IMG/VR virus record: IMGVR_UViG_3300031951_021456 | Location: 124,001-188,000 of that record | Reading direction: 5' to 3' (one strand) | Length of the DNA: 64,000 bases | The notes under the pieces: generated by a model | What the model was told of the DNA's origin: nothing | Seen by the model: only the letters and a program-made list of their open reading frames with translations | Databases searched by the model: none | Translations under genes and position numbers: made by a program | In this document: positions 9,301 through 19,069 of the stretch, piece after piece | Numbering within the stretch: position 1 is the stretch's first letter | How the letters are laid out: every line of letters begins with the position of its first letter

Positions 9301-12300
9301 ATTTTAACTATGAGCCAATAAAAGTTGAATTAACTAATATCTCTGGTATTGGGACTACCAATACATCTTTGATGGCAAAAATACAGCCCATTTTTAGGGG
9401 TGAAATTACATCAGTATCTGTAGTAAATGGTGGTGAAAAATATGGCCAAGAAGATATTTTAAACTATAATCGTCAACCAAATATTTCAATTTTTAGTGGA
9501 TCTGGTGCCATTGCTCAAGCTATTGTATCGGGTGGTAAAATTGCTCAAATTCTTATAATTGATCCTGGTAGTGGTTATTATGCTCCTCCAGAAATTGTCG
9601 TCAGCGGAACTGGAAAAAATGCCAAATTAGTTCCAGTTATACAAAGTGGTCAATTAATTGATGTTATAATCATAAACCCTGGTTATGGGTATGATTCTCG
9701 GAATATAACTTTAACAGTCTTTGCAGCGGGTTCTGGGGGTCAATTGCGCACGAATGCGAAACAATGGACAATTAATAAAATTGAAAGACTTTTTCAATCT
9801 AGGAAAATTTCTCCAGATGATGGGATACTCACTAATAGTATCAATTCAAATTATGAACTTGAATATGTTCATGGATATGCTCCTAGAAAGTTAAGGCAAA
9901 TTTTAACATCAACAAAATACGTTTCAGGATCTTTGGTATATCAACCAGATCTTGCACTTTCTAATAATATTGAAATTTCATCAAATGCACATTCACCTAT
10001 ATTAGGATGGGCTTATGATGGTAATCCAATATATGGCCCTTATGGATTTGATAAGGAATCTGGTGGAGCTATTAGATATATGAAATCTGGGTATAAGCTC
10101 ATTATAGATCAAATTAATAGACCATCAAATTCATTATATGCTGAAGGAATTTTCGTTGAGGATTTCACCTTCTTGGGTGATGGAGATTTGGATGCGCACA
10201 ATGGGCGTTTTTGTATAACTCCAGAATTTCCAAATGGCACGTATGCTTATTTTTCAACTATAGATGGAAATGAGGTGCAATCTGTTGGTTTATTTGCTAA
10301 TTTCTTTAAGCCGGTATTTCCATATTTTATTGGTAAAACATACAAGTCCACCCCAAGTTCCTTTAATTTTAATTATCAGTCAAACCAAGATGATATAGAT
10401 CTCAACAAAACCGATTGGTTAAGAAATACTAGCCCATTTAAATTAAATTCTTCTCATAGTGGCTACAATTATTTGTTTAAACCTTTTGATGTCATTGAGC
10501 AAACTGCAAATATTAATAGCATCATTGCTGGATCAGTTGATAATATAATAGTTAAAAGTGGTGGGACTAATTATAAAATAAATGATAGAATAGTTTTTCA
10601 AAATGATAACTCAAATGGAAATGGGGCAAGAGCAATAGTATCTGAAATTAAAGGTAAAAAAATTAGTGAAGTTAGTATAGCTAGTACAACTTTTTATGAT
10701 GTAGAATTTGCAACGGTTTCACAAAAAGGAATTATTGGAGTATCCACTATTCCAATTAATTTTAATAGTGGAGATATAATTTCTATTTCAAACGTCAATA
10801 GAAATAGAAAACTATTAGAAAAAAGTTTTATAATATCGGTTCCAAACAATGATTTAATTTTAAACAAAGATGTTGACGTAGTTGCTCTTAGTGGAATTAC
10901 AACATATTTTAATGTTTATGGTGATCTAAGTGCTACAACAATTAGAGAAAATGACATCTATCAAATTGATGCAGAAAAAGTAAAAATACTTAATGTTGAA
11001 GAAAATTCATCTAGAATTTTTGTTGAAAGGTGTATTGGGGGAACTGTGGGAGCATATCACACCACAGGAAGCCTTTTACTTGAAATTCCACGCAGATTCA
11101 ATCTTGAAAACACCAATAATCAAGACTTTAGTGATCCTATTTTTAATAGAGAGATCTATTTTAAGCCTGCTGAATCTATTGGTGTTGGGGTGGGGAGTAC
11201 AATTACATTCTCAAATCCTGGTATTGGCATTACTAATATTTTTATTCCGTCAAGATCAATATATTTACCTCAACATAATCTTAAAACTGGTGAAAAATTA
11301 ACATATAAGCTAAATGGCGGTTCAAATTTTGTAGTTTCAACTAATGGAATTACGACATCTTTTCTTCCAAATAATTCCACAGTTTATGTTGCAAAGTATT
11401 CTGATAATTTTATTGGCTTATCTACTGAAAAGGTTGGAATTGGCTCAACTGGCATGTTTGTTGGCTATAATACAACATCTGCAGCTAATATTCTCTATTA
11501 TCATTCATTTGGCTCTGGAGACAAGCACAGCTTAGCTACTAATTATAGTTCAACTATCGGCCAAGTTGATAAAAATATAGCATTAGTTTATACGACAGCT
11601 AATCCAGAATTATTGAAAAATGATACAGTAAATGTTTTAGCTGAACCAACTATACTAAAAACTGTAAAGGTCTTATATAATTCATATAGAAAGTTACTTC
11701 TGTTACGTCCAAGATCAATTATTGGAGCCAATGTTGATACAACAAAAAATACAATAAAAATTCCAAATCATAATTACTTTACCGGACAAAAACTTCTTTA
11801 TAGTTCAGATAATCCAATTAATGGATTAAAAAATAATGAATTATATTATGTTGTTGTTAAAAATTCTATTACTATTAGCCTATGTGAAAGTTTTTATGAT
11901 TCTCAATTAGAAGAACCAAATGTTATTAAACTGTTATCTCAAAATGGTGGTATATTCTCTGAAGTAAATCCACAAATTAGAATAACAAAAAACCAATCTT
12001 TAGCTTTTGATCTATCAGATCCGAGCCTATCTACACTAGAAGGTTCTGAACTTGTTTCGGCTTTTGATTTTAGATTATTTTTTGATGGTAATTTTAATAA
12101 TGAATTTAAAACAACATTTACAAATTCTACATTTAATGTTACAAAAGTTGGTCGCATTGGTATAGATTATACTGCAAAGTTAATTTTATCCTACGATTCC
12201 AACATTTCAGACCTTTATTATAATCTAATACCTCTGAAAACTCTAGATGTTATTGTTGATAGAGACAATAACCAATCAAATAATACTATTTCTTATACAA

Positions 12301-15300
12301 GTAGCACATTTTCTGGTAAGCATATAGTGAGTGGAGTTGGATCTACTTCATTTTCATATATTCTTACTGCATACCCAGAACAAGAAAAATATACAGAAAA
12401 TGTTACATATACAACAACATCTAAAACTGCAACTGGACCAATAGAAAAGATATTTGTAACTTCTAAAGGCTCAAATTATAAATCTTTACCAGGAATAAGT
12501 TCAATTATTAGTGAAAATGGCTCTGGAGCCATTGTTGAAGTTAGTAGCACAACTATAGGTAAAATAAACAATGTAACTATAAATGATATTGGTTATGACT
12601 ATCCTTCAGATTTAACATTAACACCATTAACTCAAACTCCATTAGTTTTAAAAGTTATCCCTCAGTCTACATTAAAATCTATTCAAATAGTTTATCCGGG
12701 GAAAAATTACTTACAATCTCCAGATTTAATTCTACTTGATGGTCTAACTTTAAATAGAATTTTAGATGTAGATCTAAAATACGAACTTGGGGACAATGAA
12801 GTAAAAATCATAAAAAATAGTAAAGGTATTAATAACGTTACGCCAATATTAATACCAATAAACAACACAAATTCTATAAAATTAAGTTCACTTTCTTTTA
12901 ATTCGGAAACCAAAGAAGTAACAGTAACACTTTTTGAAAGTTATAGTAATTTAGATGAATTTCCAGTTAAAGTTGGGGATAGAATTTTAGTTGAAAATGT
13001 TTCTATTTTAGAAGATTCATCAGCGAGAGGGTATAATTCATCATCTTATAATTACTCTAGATTTTTAGTGACAGAAATTACTCCAAATATTGGTTTTTCT
13101 GGGGGAAATATAACATATAGTTTATCTGAATATTTGAGTGAAAATGAATATCCAGGAACTCCAGACCCAATATATGTAACTGGAACAATAACTCCTGAAT
13201 TATTTTTCCCATCATTTGTTATAAACTTATCTAAAAATATTTTTCTTGTCGGTGAGACTGTATCATCTGAAGATTCTTTTGGTATCGTTCAAGCTTGGAA
13301 TAAGGATAATGAATTGCTTACAATTTCCACGAATGATGAGTTTAAACTTGGTTCCTTGATTACAGGTTCTGGTTCATTGTCAAGCGGAAATATAGATAAT
13401 ATCTATGATTTTAAATCAAAATTTGTAGTCAAATCATCTTCAGATGTTAGAAAAGGTTGGAAAACCGAAAGGGGATTAATTGATAATGAATTTCAACATC
13501 TTCCTGATAATAATTATTATCAAACTTTCTCCTATTCTCTAAAATCTAAAATTGATTATAATACTTGGGGTAATGCTGTAAGTAGCTTAAATCACATTGC
13601 TGGATTTAAAAAATTTGCAGATCTTGAGGTTGAATCTAACGATACAAGTGAAATTAATGTAGTTCAAGAAGATTCAACTACTGATTTAATTATTACTCTA
13701 GATTCTGAAATTGATTTAAATTGTATTGATGATTTTGATCTTGTTTCTGAAAATAGTTACATTATGGATAATGATCTAAATTCAAATGTAATTTATTTTC
13801 AATCAAAAATAATTCAAGACTATTTGGAATTAGTTGGTAATAGAGTTCTACAAATTGATGATATAAGTTTAAATTTTGATGGAATTAGAACAGCATTTAA
13901 ACTAAAGTCAAATAATTTTGATATATTTTCTAGAGGATTTAACTCTTCGGATGTAGATATTATTGATAATGTTATTCATGTCAATAATCATTATTTCACA
14001 AATGGTGAAAAAGTATTCTATTCATATGAGACTTCACCAATAGGAATTAACACTACAAACATTGCGGGTATAGGGACAACAGATAAACTTCCAAATGAAG
14101 TCTATATTATTAAGCGTGGTGAGACTGATTTTAGCTTCGCTGAGAGTGCTGCAAATGCTCTACTAGCAGTACCATTATCATTAAAAATAGCAAATGTTGG
14201 TATAGGCACTTCTCATACCATAACTTCATCTAATCAAAATTCAAAAGCTTTAATTTCATTAGGAGGAGTCATACAATCTCCAATTTCTCCTACAAGTATT
14301 ATATCACAACTTTCATCTAATGTTAGTAGTTCTTCTACTACTATATTGTTGAATAATATTGAAAACTTTTCTAGTGGTTCATTTGCCAAAATAGATAATG
14401 AAGTAATTAAAATAGTTTCAATTGGAATTGGAACAAATTCTCCAATTCCAATTGAAAGAGGTCTAGTTGGAACAGCAGCAACTAATCATAATTCTAATAC
14501 TTTTGTATATAAATTATCTGGTAATTATAATATAGTTGATAACACTCTTCATTTTGTTGAACCACCTAAAGGTCCAACACCAATAGGAACCACTACAAAT
14601 TCTCCAGAAAATGTAGACTATGTTGGTATTACTACAGTTTTAGAATTTAATGGTAGAGTATTCTTAAGAAATGGCGAACCAAATGGGTTGCAAAGTGCAT
14701 ATGCAACTAATTATGTTTTTGATGATATTTCAAATAGCTTTAATGGTATAACCACATCATTTATATTAAAATCTAATGGTACTGATATTATAGGTATAGA
14801 AAATAACAATGCTTCAATATTAATTGAAGAGGTATTTCAATCACCTTCAGATTTTGCTGGAATAGTAAAAACGTATGGAGCATATACTTTAAAGGAAACC
14901 ACAGGTATCACTTCAATAAGATTTTTAAGTAGCTCTGAACCACAAGATTATGATATAAATGTATCAAATATTCCAGTTGGTGGCTCCATAGTTTCTATCG
15001 GTTTTACTTCAGGTAGTGGATTTCAACCCCTGGTTTCTGCTGGTGGAACAGTTTTAGTTTCTGCTGGTGGAACTATACAATCTATAAGTATCGGAAACAG
15101 TGGTTCAGGATACCGACCTGGGGTTCAAATAGTAAATGTTTTTGCATATGATCCTTCTAGAAATATTAATACAAATATAGGGATAGCATCAATATTTAAT
15201 GGAAACATTGTATCTGTTGCCATTACAAATCCAGGAAATGGCTATAGTATTTCAAATCCACCCATAGTTAGATTTGACGATCCAGTTCCTTATAATAATA

Positions 15301-17498
15301 TGGAACTTATATATTCCACACAACAAGATTCCAATCCACCAGAACCTCCAGTCACAGAATTAGAAGTGATTTGGACAGAAATTGAAGATGGTGGATTGAC
15401 TGATTATGTTTTGCAACCGCCGACATTTAGCTCAACCGCTACCACTAGCACGATGACCCTTTATTATGATGCAGCTTTGATAGGGGATGTCGGTAGCTTC
15501 ATTAATATTTACACTCTTAGTTATAATTGGCTTGAGTTTGGGCCGCCCTGGGACGTGACCCTGGTGGCCTCAGTTCAGCTACTGATTGATGGTCAGTCTT
15601 ATCCTGATGTGATTTTGCACGGCCTGACAGGCAGGGATCCTTATTATCTTGATCTTCTAGTGTATGATGAAAGTGGTTGGCCCGAAGTGACCAACCCTCA
15701 AACGCTCACCATTATTGTTACAGTAACGGGAGATAATATTCCTTCTCAACCTGAAAATAATACACAAACAACATCTAGTCCAGGAATTGGCACTGGAGCC
15801 AAAGTTAATGTAAAAGTTGGAATGGATTCAAATATTATTGATGTTGATGTAGTAAATAGAGGATTTGCCTTTAAACCTGGTGATATTTTGTCTATACCAA
15901 CGGGTGGAAATATTGGTATTCCAACAATTAGTTCATCATTCAATTCAGTTAAAGTTGTAGTTGATGAAATATATAATCAAAAGTTTTCTGGATGGACTTT
16001 TGGACAACTACAAATTTTTGATTCCATTGAACAACTTTTCAATGGAACTAGAAAATTATTTCCACTTAAAGTTGATAATGAATTGAAGAGTATTAGAACT
16101 AGAGTTGGTTCTCTTATAGATCTTAATTCAACATTTTTGATTTTTATTAATGGAGTTCTTCAAATTCCTGGTATAAATTATAATATATTTGGAAGCAGTT
16201 ATATTACTTTCCCAGAAGCCCCGAAATATGGGTGTTCTTGTTTGATATTATTCTATCGTGGTAACGGGGTTTCTGATGTTATAGATGTTGATGTTATATC
16301 TCCAGTAAAACCTGGAGATTCTGCACAATTAAATGATGATAATGGTTATATAGAAGATGAACGAATTATTTCTATAATATTGTCTGCAGATTCTGTTGAG
16401 ACTCTTCCTTATTCTGGCCCAAATGTTGTAGATGATATCAATTATTTAAGACCAGCTAAAATATGTTTACAGACAGAAGATATTCACATCAATAATAAGG
16501 AAGTGACCAAAGAAAGAGAAATATATGAGCCATATATTGAACCTGCAACTACTATAATAAAAACTGTTGGTATTTCTTCCAATATCATATTCGTAGAAAA
16601 TGCCAAGACTTTTTTTGATGATCAGAGAGAAAATGCAACAAATATTTATAGAAATAAACTTAAAATTGTAAGCCAAGAAGAAAATAGAGTTGCTATTGCA
16701 ACTGCTATTGTTTCAGTTGCCGGTTCAGTAACAGGAGTTTCAATCAATGATATTGGTAAAGGTTATTCCACCACTCCTATAATTTCTTTCTCAAATCCAA
16801 TTGGCTTTACAACAGAATATCGGGCTATTGCTAATGCGTCTGTATCTAATGGCTCAATAAGTTCAATTTCCATTATTTCCCCTGGTAGTAATTATTCTAA
16901 AATAATCCCTCCACAAATATTAATTAGTAATCCAGTAAATAAATTTGAGAATGTTACTGCAACATCCATTACAGGTGATTTTGGATTGATCAGTGGTATA
17001 GCAACAACCACAGTCGGAATTGCTTCTAGTGCCATATCATTTAATCTCTTTATTCCATTAGATTCTCCATTGAGAAATTCCAGTATAGTTGGATCTTCAA
17101 CAACCATCAGTGGAATTCAGCCGGGTTATTATTTTACTGTCAAAAATACTTTTATTGGCAATGGAATAATTACTCTAGAAGATGAAGGTTCAATACTATC
17201 CATTGGGACAAGTTGTTTAGATAATATCTATAAGGTTGCTTCAGTATCTGTAGGACAAACTTATGTAAGTGGTATAGGTTTAACTGCAGTTGCAAATGTT
17301 ATCGCAACTGTTTCCAATAATAATATAGTTGGTGTAGGCTTAACAAAAATTTATGGAACCTATAGTTGGGGTAGAATTGTAACACAGCCCAGAAATAGTA
17401 ATAATGAATTTGTTGTCTATAATACTGGTATTTCGGGTCTCAGTAGTGCACCCATAATTAAAAGAATCAATTCTCTTAAAAGCAAAAACTATTCATAA
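6387..17498 (+). CDS. gp7: Giant baseplate wedge initiator (gp7-like) structural protein
   Basis: N-term QFPEFLRDE and FYTTKGTDTSFQILFNALYG; HSPILGWAYDGNPIYGPYG module; repeated GxGY beta modules; position between gp6 and gp8. Confidence 0.75.
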   Translation: MKVKISSIVDNQFPEFLRDESPLLVEFIKQYFISQEVKGASIDLITNLDEYTKVENLTNQIETTTLLEDISFDDSVIFVNSTNGFPDTYGLLKIDSEIITYTAKTETTFTGCVRGFSGIYNDQFEFTVTESSSHITGAIVENLSIIFLQKFLEKIKNQLIPGFQGREFTENLNQTNFIQKSKGFYTTKGTDTSFQILFNALYGEPVKVLRPSDYLFTPSSAEYRVSKDLVVEALFGDPLLLENGTLFQDDQNGNNIAKGSISKVEQILRGEKIYYVISLDYDFNKDINVSGSVFGEFYIHAKTKITSDVFADSDIIDVDSTVGFQKSGSLLINNEVISYTNKSLTQFLGCTNITQNYLKGVDVINNDFAYGYSRNNAIAVRVSGVINSFKEIESANNLNVGDTIRIKSLGKTSSDIRTKNWLYNLPVSYEVKSIVLLDLTSNKYELETFDENIINAGDYIDIVYKNGSIISTSILSRINERAFVIQGQNSLELSNINYIERRISKANFSNFPEISSTSTNVQNVYSNDEDVFVAASSIPNYFSDSITITDGSLKITENITGFSISKENHGFLTGDVVVYNFTGNNNHLGISKGTYYIKRNSNDSISLSTSRANLVSNSLIKFSGSAIGGQSTLEYNDFSSKSLKNQKLIRKIPAKTLANESIETPIGNIGIFNNGVEICNYKSKDVVFYGPVQSLDVVSPGLDYDVINPPLIITTDPIASGLIANCEIKGYLKEIRILDRGLDFTEEPSVQITGGNGEGARAKVELGSFEHYATFESSNILNNVISFTKYHGFKTAEKIIYKPDGISRVIGITTDSEYFASSVTDFSIKLYKTYDDAISGINTISISYNGYAKHRLISSQPKTKISDIVITSSGKNYTNRKISVLSSGITTTNNTINRTDHGFKTGEKIVYESYSGTPIGGISTNTPYFVTAEKDSFKLSKVAEVGIATSQDFYFRTNQYVNLTSSGIGTHYFNYEPIKVELTNISGIGTTNTSLMAKIQPIFRGEITSVSVVNGGEKYGQEDILNYNRQPNISIFSGSGAIAQAIVSGGKIAQILIIDPGSGYYAPPEIVVSGTGKNAKLVPVIQSGQLIDVIIINPGYGYDSRNITLTVFAAGSGGQLRTNAKQWTINKIERLFQSRKISPDDGILTNSINSNYELEYVHGYAPRKLRQILTSTKYVSGSLVYQPDLALSNNIEISSNAHSPILGWAYDGNPIYGPYGFDKESGGAIRYMKSGYKLIIDQINRPSNSLYAEGIFVEDFTFLGDGDLDAHNGRFCITPEFPNGTYAYFSTIDGNEVQSVGLFANFFKPVFPYFIGKTYKSTPSSFNFNYQSNQDDIDLNKTDWLRNTSPFKLNSSHSGYNYLFKPFDVIEQTANINSIIAGSVDNIIVKSGGTNYKINDRIVFQNDNSNGNGARAIVSEIKGKKISEVSIASTTFYDVEFATVSQKGIIGVSTIPINFNSGDIISISNVNRNRKLLEKSFIISVPNNDLILNKDVDVVALSGITTYFNVYGDLSATTIRENDIYQIDAEKVKILNVEENSSRIFVERCIGGTVGAYHTTGSLLLEIPRRFNLENTNNQDFSDPIFNREIYFKPAESIGVGVGSTITFSNPGIGITNIFIPSRSIYLPQHNLKTGEKLTYKLNGGSNFVVSTNGITTSFLPNNSTVYVAKYSDNFIGLSTEKVGIGSTGMFVGYNTTSAANILYYHSFGSGDKHSLATNYSSTIGQVDKNIALVYTTANPELLKNDTVNVLAEPTILKTVKVLYNSYRKLLLLRPRSIIGANVDTTKNTIKIPNHNYFTGQKLLYSSDNPINGLKNNELYYVVVKNSITISLCESFYDSQLEEPNVIKLLSQNGGIFSEVNPQIRITKNQSLAFDLSDPSLSTLEGSELVSAFDFRLFFDGNFNNEFKTTFTNSTFNVTKVGRIGIDYTAKLILSYDSNISDLYYNLIPLKTLDVIVDRDNNQSNNTISYTSSTFSGKHIVSGVGSTSFSYILTAYPEQEKYTENVTYTTTSKTATGPIEKIFVTSKGSNYKSLPGISSIISENGSGAIVEVSSTTIGKINNVTINDIGYDYPSDLTLTPLTQTPLVLKVIPQSTLKSIQIVYPGKNYLQSPDLILLDGLTLNRILDVDLKYELGDNEVKIIKNSKGINNVTPILIPINNTNSIKLSSLSFNSETKEVTVTLFESYSNLDEFPVKVGDRILVENVSILEDSSARGYNSSSYNYSRFLVTEITPNIGFSGGNITYSLSEYLSENEYPGTPDPIYVTGTITPELFFPSFVINLSKNIFLVGETVSSEDSFGIVQAWNKDNELLTISTNDEFKLGSLITGSGSLSSGNIDNIYDFKSKFVVKSSSDVRKGWKTERGLIDNEFQHLPDNNYYQTFSYSLKSKIDYNTWGNAVSSLNHIAGFKKFADLEVESNDTSEINVVQEDSTTDLIITLDSEIDLNCIDDFDLVSENSYIMDNDLNSNVIYFQSKIIQDYLELVGNRVLQIDDISLNFDGIRTAFKLKSNNFDIFSRGFNSSDVDIIDNVIHVNNHYFTNGEKVFYSYETSPIGINTTNIAGIGTTDKLPNEVYIIKRGETDFSFAESAANALLAVPLSLKIANVGIGTSHTITSSNQNSKALISLGGVIQSPISPTSIISQLSSNVSSSSTTILLNNIENFSSGSFAKIDNEVIKIVSIGIGTNSPIPIERGLVGTAATNHNSNTFVYKLSGNYNIVDNTLHFVEPPKGPTPIGTTTNSPENVDYVGITTVLEFNGRVFLRNGEPNGLQSAYATNYVFDDISNSFNGITTSFILKSNGTDIIGIENNNASILIEEVFQSPSDFAGIVKTYGAYTLKETTGITSIRFLSSSEPQDYDINVSNIPVGGSIVSIGFTSGSGFQPLVSAGGTVLVSAGGTIQSISIGNSGSGYRPGVQIVNVFAYDPSRNINTNIGIASIFNGNIVSVAITNPGNGYSISNPPIVRFDDPVPYNNMELIYSTQQDSNPPEPPVTELEVIWTEIEDGGLTDYVLQPPTFSSTATTSTMTLYYDAALIGDVGSFINIYTLSYNWLEFGPPWDVTLVASVQLLIDGQSYPDVILHGLTGRDPYYLDLLVYDESGWPEVTNPQTLTIIVTVTGDNIPSQPENNTQTTSSPGIGTGAKVNVKVGMDSNIIDVDVVNRGFAFKPGDILSIPTGGNIGIPTISSSFNSVKVVVDEIYNQKFSGWTFGQLQIFDSIEQLFNGTRKLFPLKVDNELKSIRTRVGSLIDLNSTFLIFINGVLQIPGINYNIFGSSYITFPEAPKYGCSCLILFYRGNGVSDVIDVDVISPVKPGDSAQLNDDNGYIEDERIISIILSADSVETLPYSGPNVVDDINYLRPAKICLQTEDIHINNKEVTKEREIYEPYIEPATTIIKTVGISSNIIFVENAKTFFDDQRENATNIYRNKLKIVSQEENRVAIATAIVSVAGSVTGVSINDIGKGYSTTPIISFSNPIGFTTEYRAIANASVSNGSISSISIISPGSNYSKIIPPQILISNPVNKFENVTATSITGDFGLISGIATTTVGIASSAISFNLFIPLDSPLRNSSIVGSSTTISGIQPGYYFTVKNTFIGNGIITLEDEGSILSIGTSCLDNIYKVASVSVGQTYVSGIGLTAVANVIATVSNNNIVGVGLTKIYGTYSWGRIVTQPRNSNNEFVVYNTGISGLSSAPIIKRINSLKSKNYS

Positions 17499-17501
17499 AT
17501 A
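17495..17501 (+). promoter_or_regulatory. Late promoter box ATAAATA
   Basis: Upstream of gp8 ATG. Confidence 0.55.
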
Positions 17502-17515
17502 GCTAAAAACACAAA

Positions 17516-19063
17516 ATGGCAGCAATAAAAACCGACCAATTGAGAATTAGAGAAGCCAAGCGTTTTGTTGATGCTGCAATTTCTGGTGAAGATATTTACT
17601 ATACATTTATAGGACTTCCAAATGCTGTAAATTATAAAGAAAATTGGGACGCTGAACCTATTTCTCCCAAAGATAGTCTAGATCAGGAAAATGACTATTG
17701 GGATACTATGCTGGCACTAAAAAGAGTTGCTCCAACAGGAATACGTCAAGTTGTAAAAAAAAGCCTATGGTCTTCTGGCACAACTTATGATATGTATCGC
17801 AATGATATAACCAGGACAAACCTTTCTAGACCATCTAATGCTACGTCATTGTACTCTGCTAATTATTTTGTTGTAAATGAAGACTACAAAGTTTATATTT
17901 GTTTATATAATGGTGTAGATCCTGAGAATCCAAATGGGCGCCCATCTTTAAGTCAACCTTCCTTTACAGATTTAGAGCCTAGAAAAGCTGGTGAAAGTGG
18001 GGATGGATATATTTGGAAATATCTTTACACAATTAAACCTAGTGATATTATAAAATTTGATACCAGTAATTATATTCCAGTTCCACCAGATTGGGAAACA
18101 AACTCTGAGTATGCTGCTGTTCGTAATAATGCAATAAATAGCGGCCAGTTGAAAGTTATTACTGTAATTGATCGTGGAATATCTGTTGGCAACCCAAATA
18201 CAACTTATGTTAAAGTTCCAATTAAAGGCGATGGAGATGGAGCAGAAGCCACTATTATCACAAATAATGACTCTAAAGTTGACTCAATAACAATAACAAA
18301 AGGTGGTAATGGTTACACATATGGAAGTGTGGATATTTCAGCAGGGGGAATTCCAGTTTCTAATACTGCTCCAATTTTTAATGTAATAATTCCACCAAAA
18401 GGTGGACATGGGTATGATATCTACAGAGAGTTGGGAGCAACAAAAGTTATCCTTTATAGCCGCTTTGAAAATGATTCTCAAAATCCAGATTTTATTGTTG
18501 GGAATCAAGTTGCAAGAGTGGGAATTATAAAAAATCCACTAGCGCCAACAGCTTCTACACCTTTAGACGTAGATAGAGCAAATTCACTATATGCGATTAA
18601 AGTATCTGGAAATAATTTAATCGCATCATCTTTTCCGGCAGATGCATATTTTACTCAGACTATCGGCCTTGGGGTTACAGCAGTTGGTAGGGTTGCAACA
18701 TTTGACTATATGAATAATGTTCTTAGATATTGGCAAGACCGAACATTAGTTGGTTTTAATACTGATGGAACTTTAAATACCAATCCAATCTATGGTTACA
18801 GGCTTAATAGATTTACATCCTCTCCTGAAACTGGTGGCTCATTAAATTTAACTTGCAACAATACTATAGTTCAAATTGATACTACCTTTAATGGTAATTA
18901 TAACCCAATAAATAATAGTTATCTTGGTCAATATTTTACCAATGGTCTTTCAGATCCAGAAGTAAAAAAATATTCAGGTGATATTATTCATGTTGACAAT
19001 AGATCTTCATATACTAGATCTATAAATCAAAAAGAAGACATCAAAGTTATTTTACAATTTTAA
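17516..19063 (+). CDS. gp8: Baseplate wedge subunit gp8
   Basis: WSSGTTYDMY, YKVYICLYN, DGYIWKYLYTI, QKEDIKVILQF motifs. Confidence 0.9.
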   Translation: MAAIKTDQLRIREAKRFVDAAISGEDIYYTFIGLPNAVNYKENWDAEPISPKDSLDQENDYWDTMLALKRVAPTGIRQVVKKSLWSSGTTYDMYRNDITRTNLSRPSNATSLYSANYFVVNEDYKVYICLYNGVDPENPNGRPSLSQPSFTDLEPRKAGESGDGYIWKYLYTIKPSDIIKFDTSNYIPVPPDWETNSEYAAVRNNAINSGQLKVITVIDRGISVGNPNTTYVKVPIKGDGDGAEATIITNNDSKVDSITITKGGNGYTYGSVDISAGGIPVSNTAPIFNVIIPPKGGHGYDIYRELGATKVILYSRFENDSQNPDFIVGNQVARVGIIKNPLAPTASTPLDVDRANSLYAIKVSGNNLIASSFPADAYFTQTIGLGVTAVGRVATFDYMNNVLRYWQDRTLVGFNTDGTLNTNPIYGYRLNRFTSSPETGGSLNLTCNNTIVQIDTTFNGNYNPINNSYLGQYFTNGLSDPEVKKYSGDIIHVDNRSSYTRSINQKEDIKVILQF

Positions 19064-19069
19064 TTTAAA

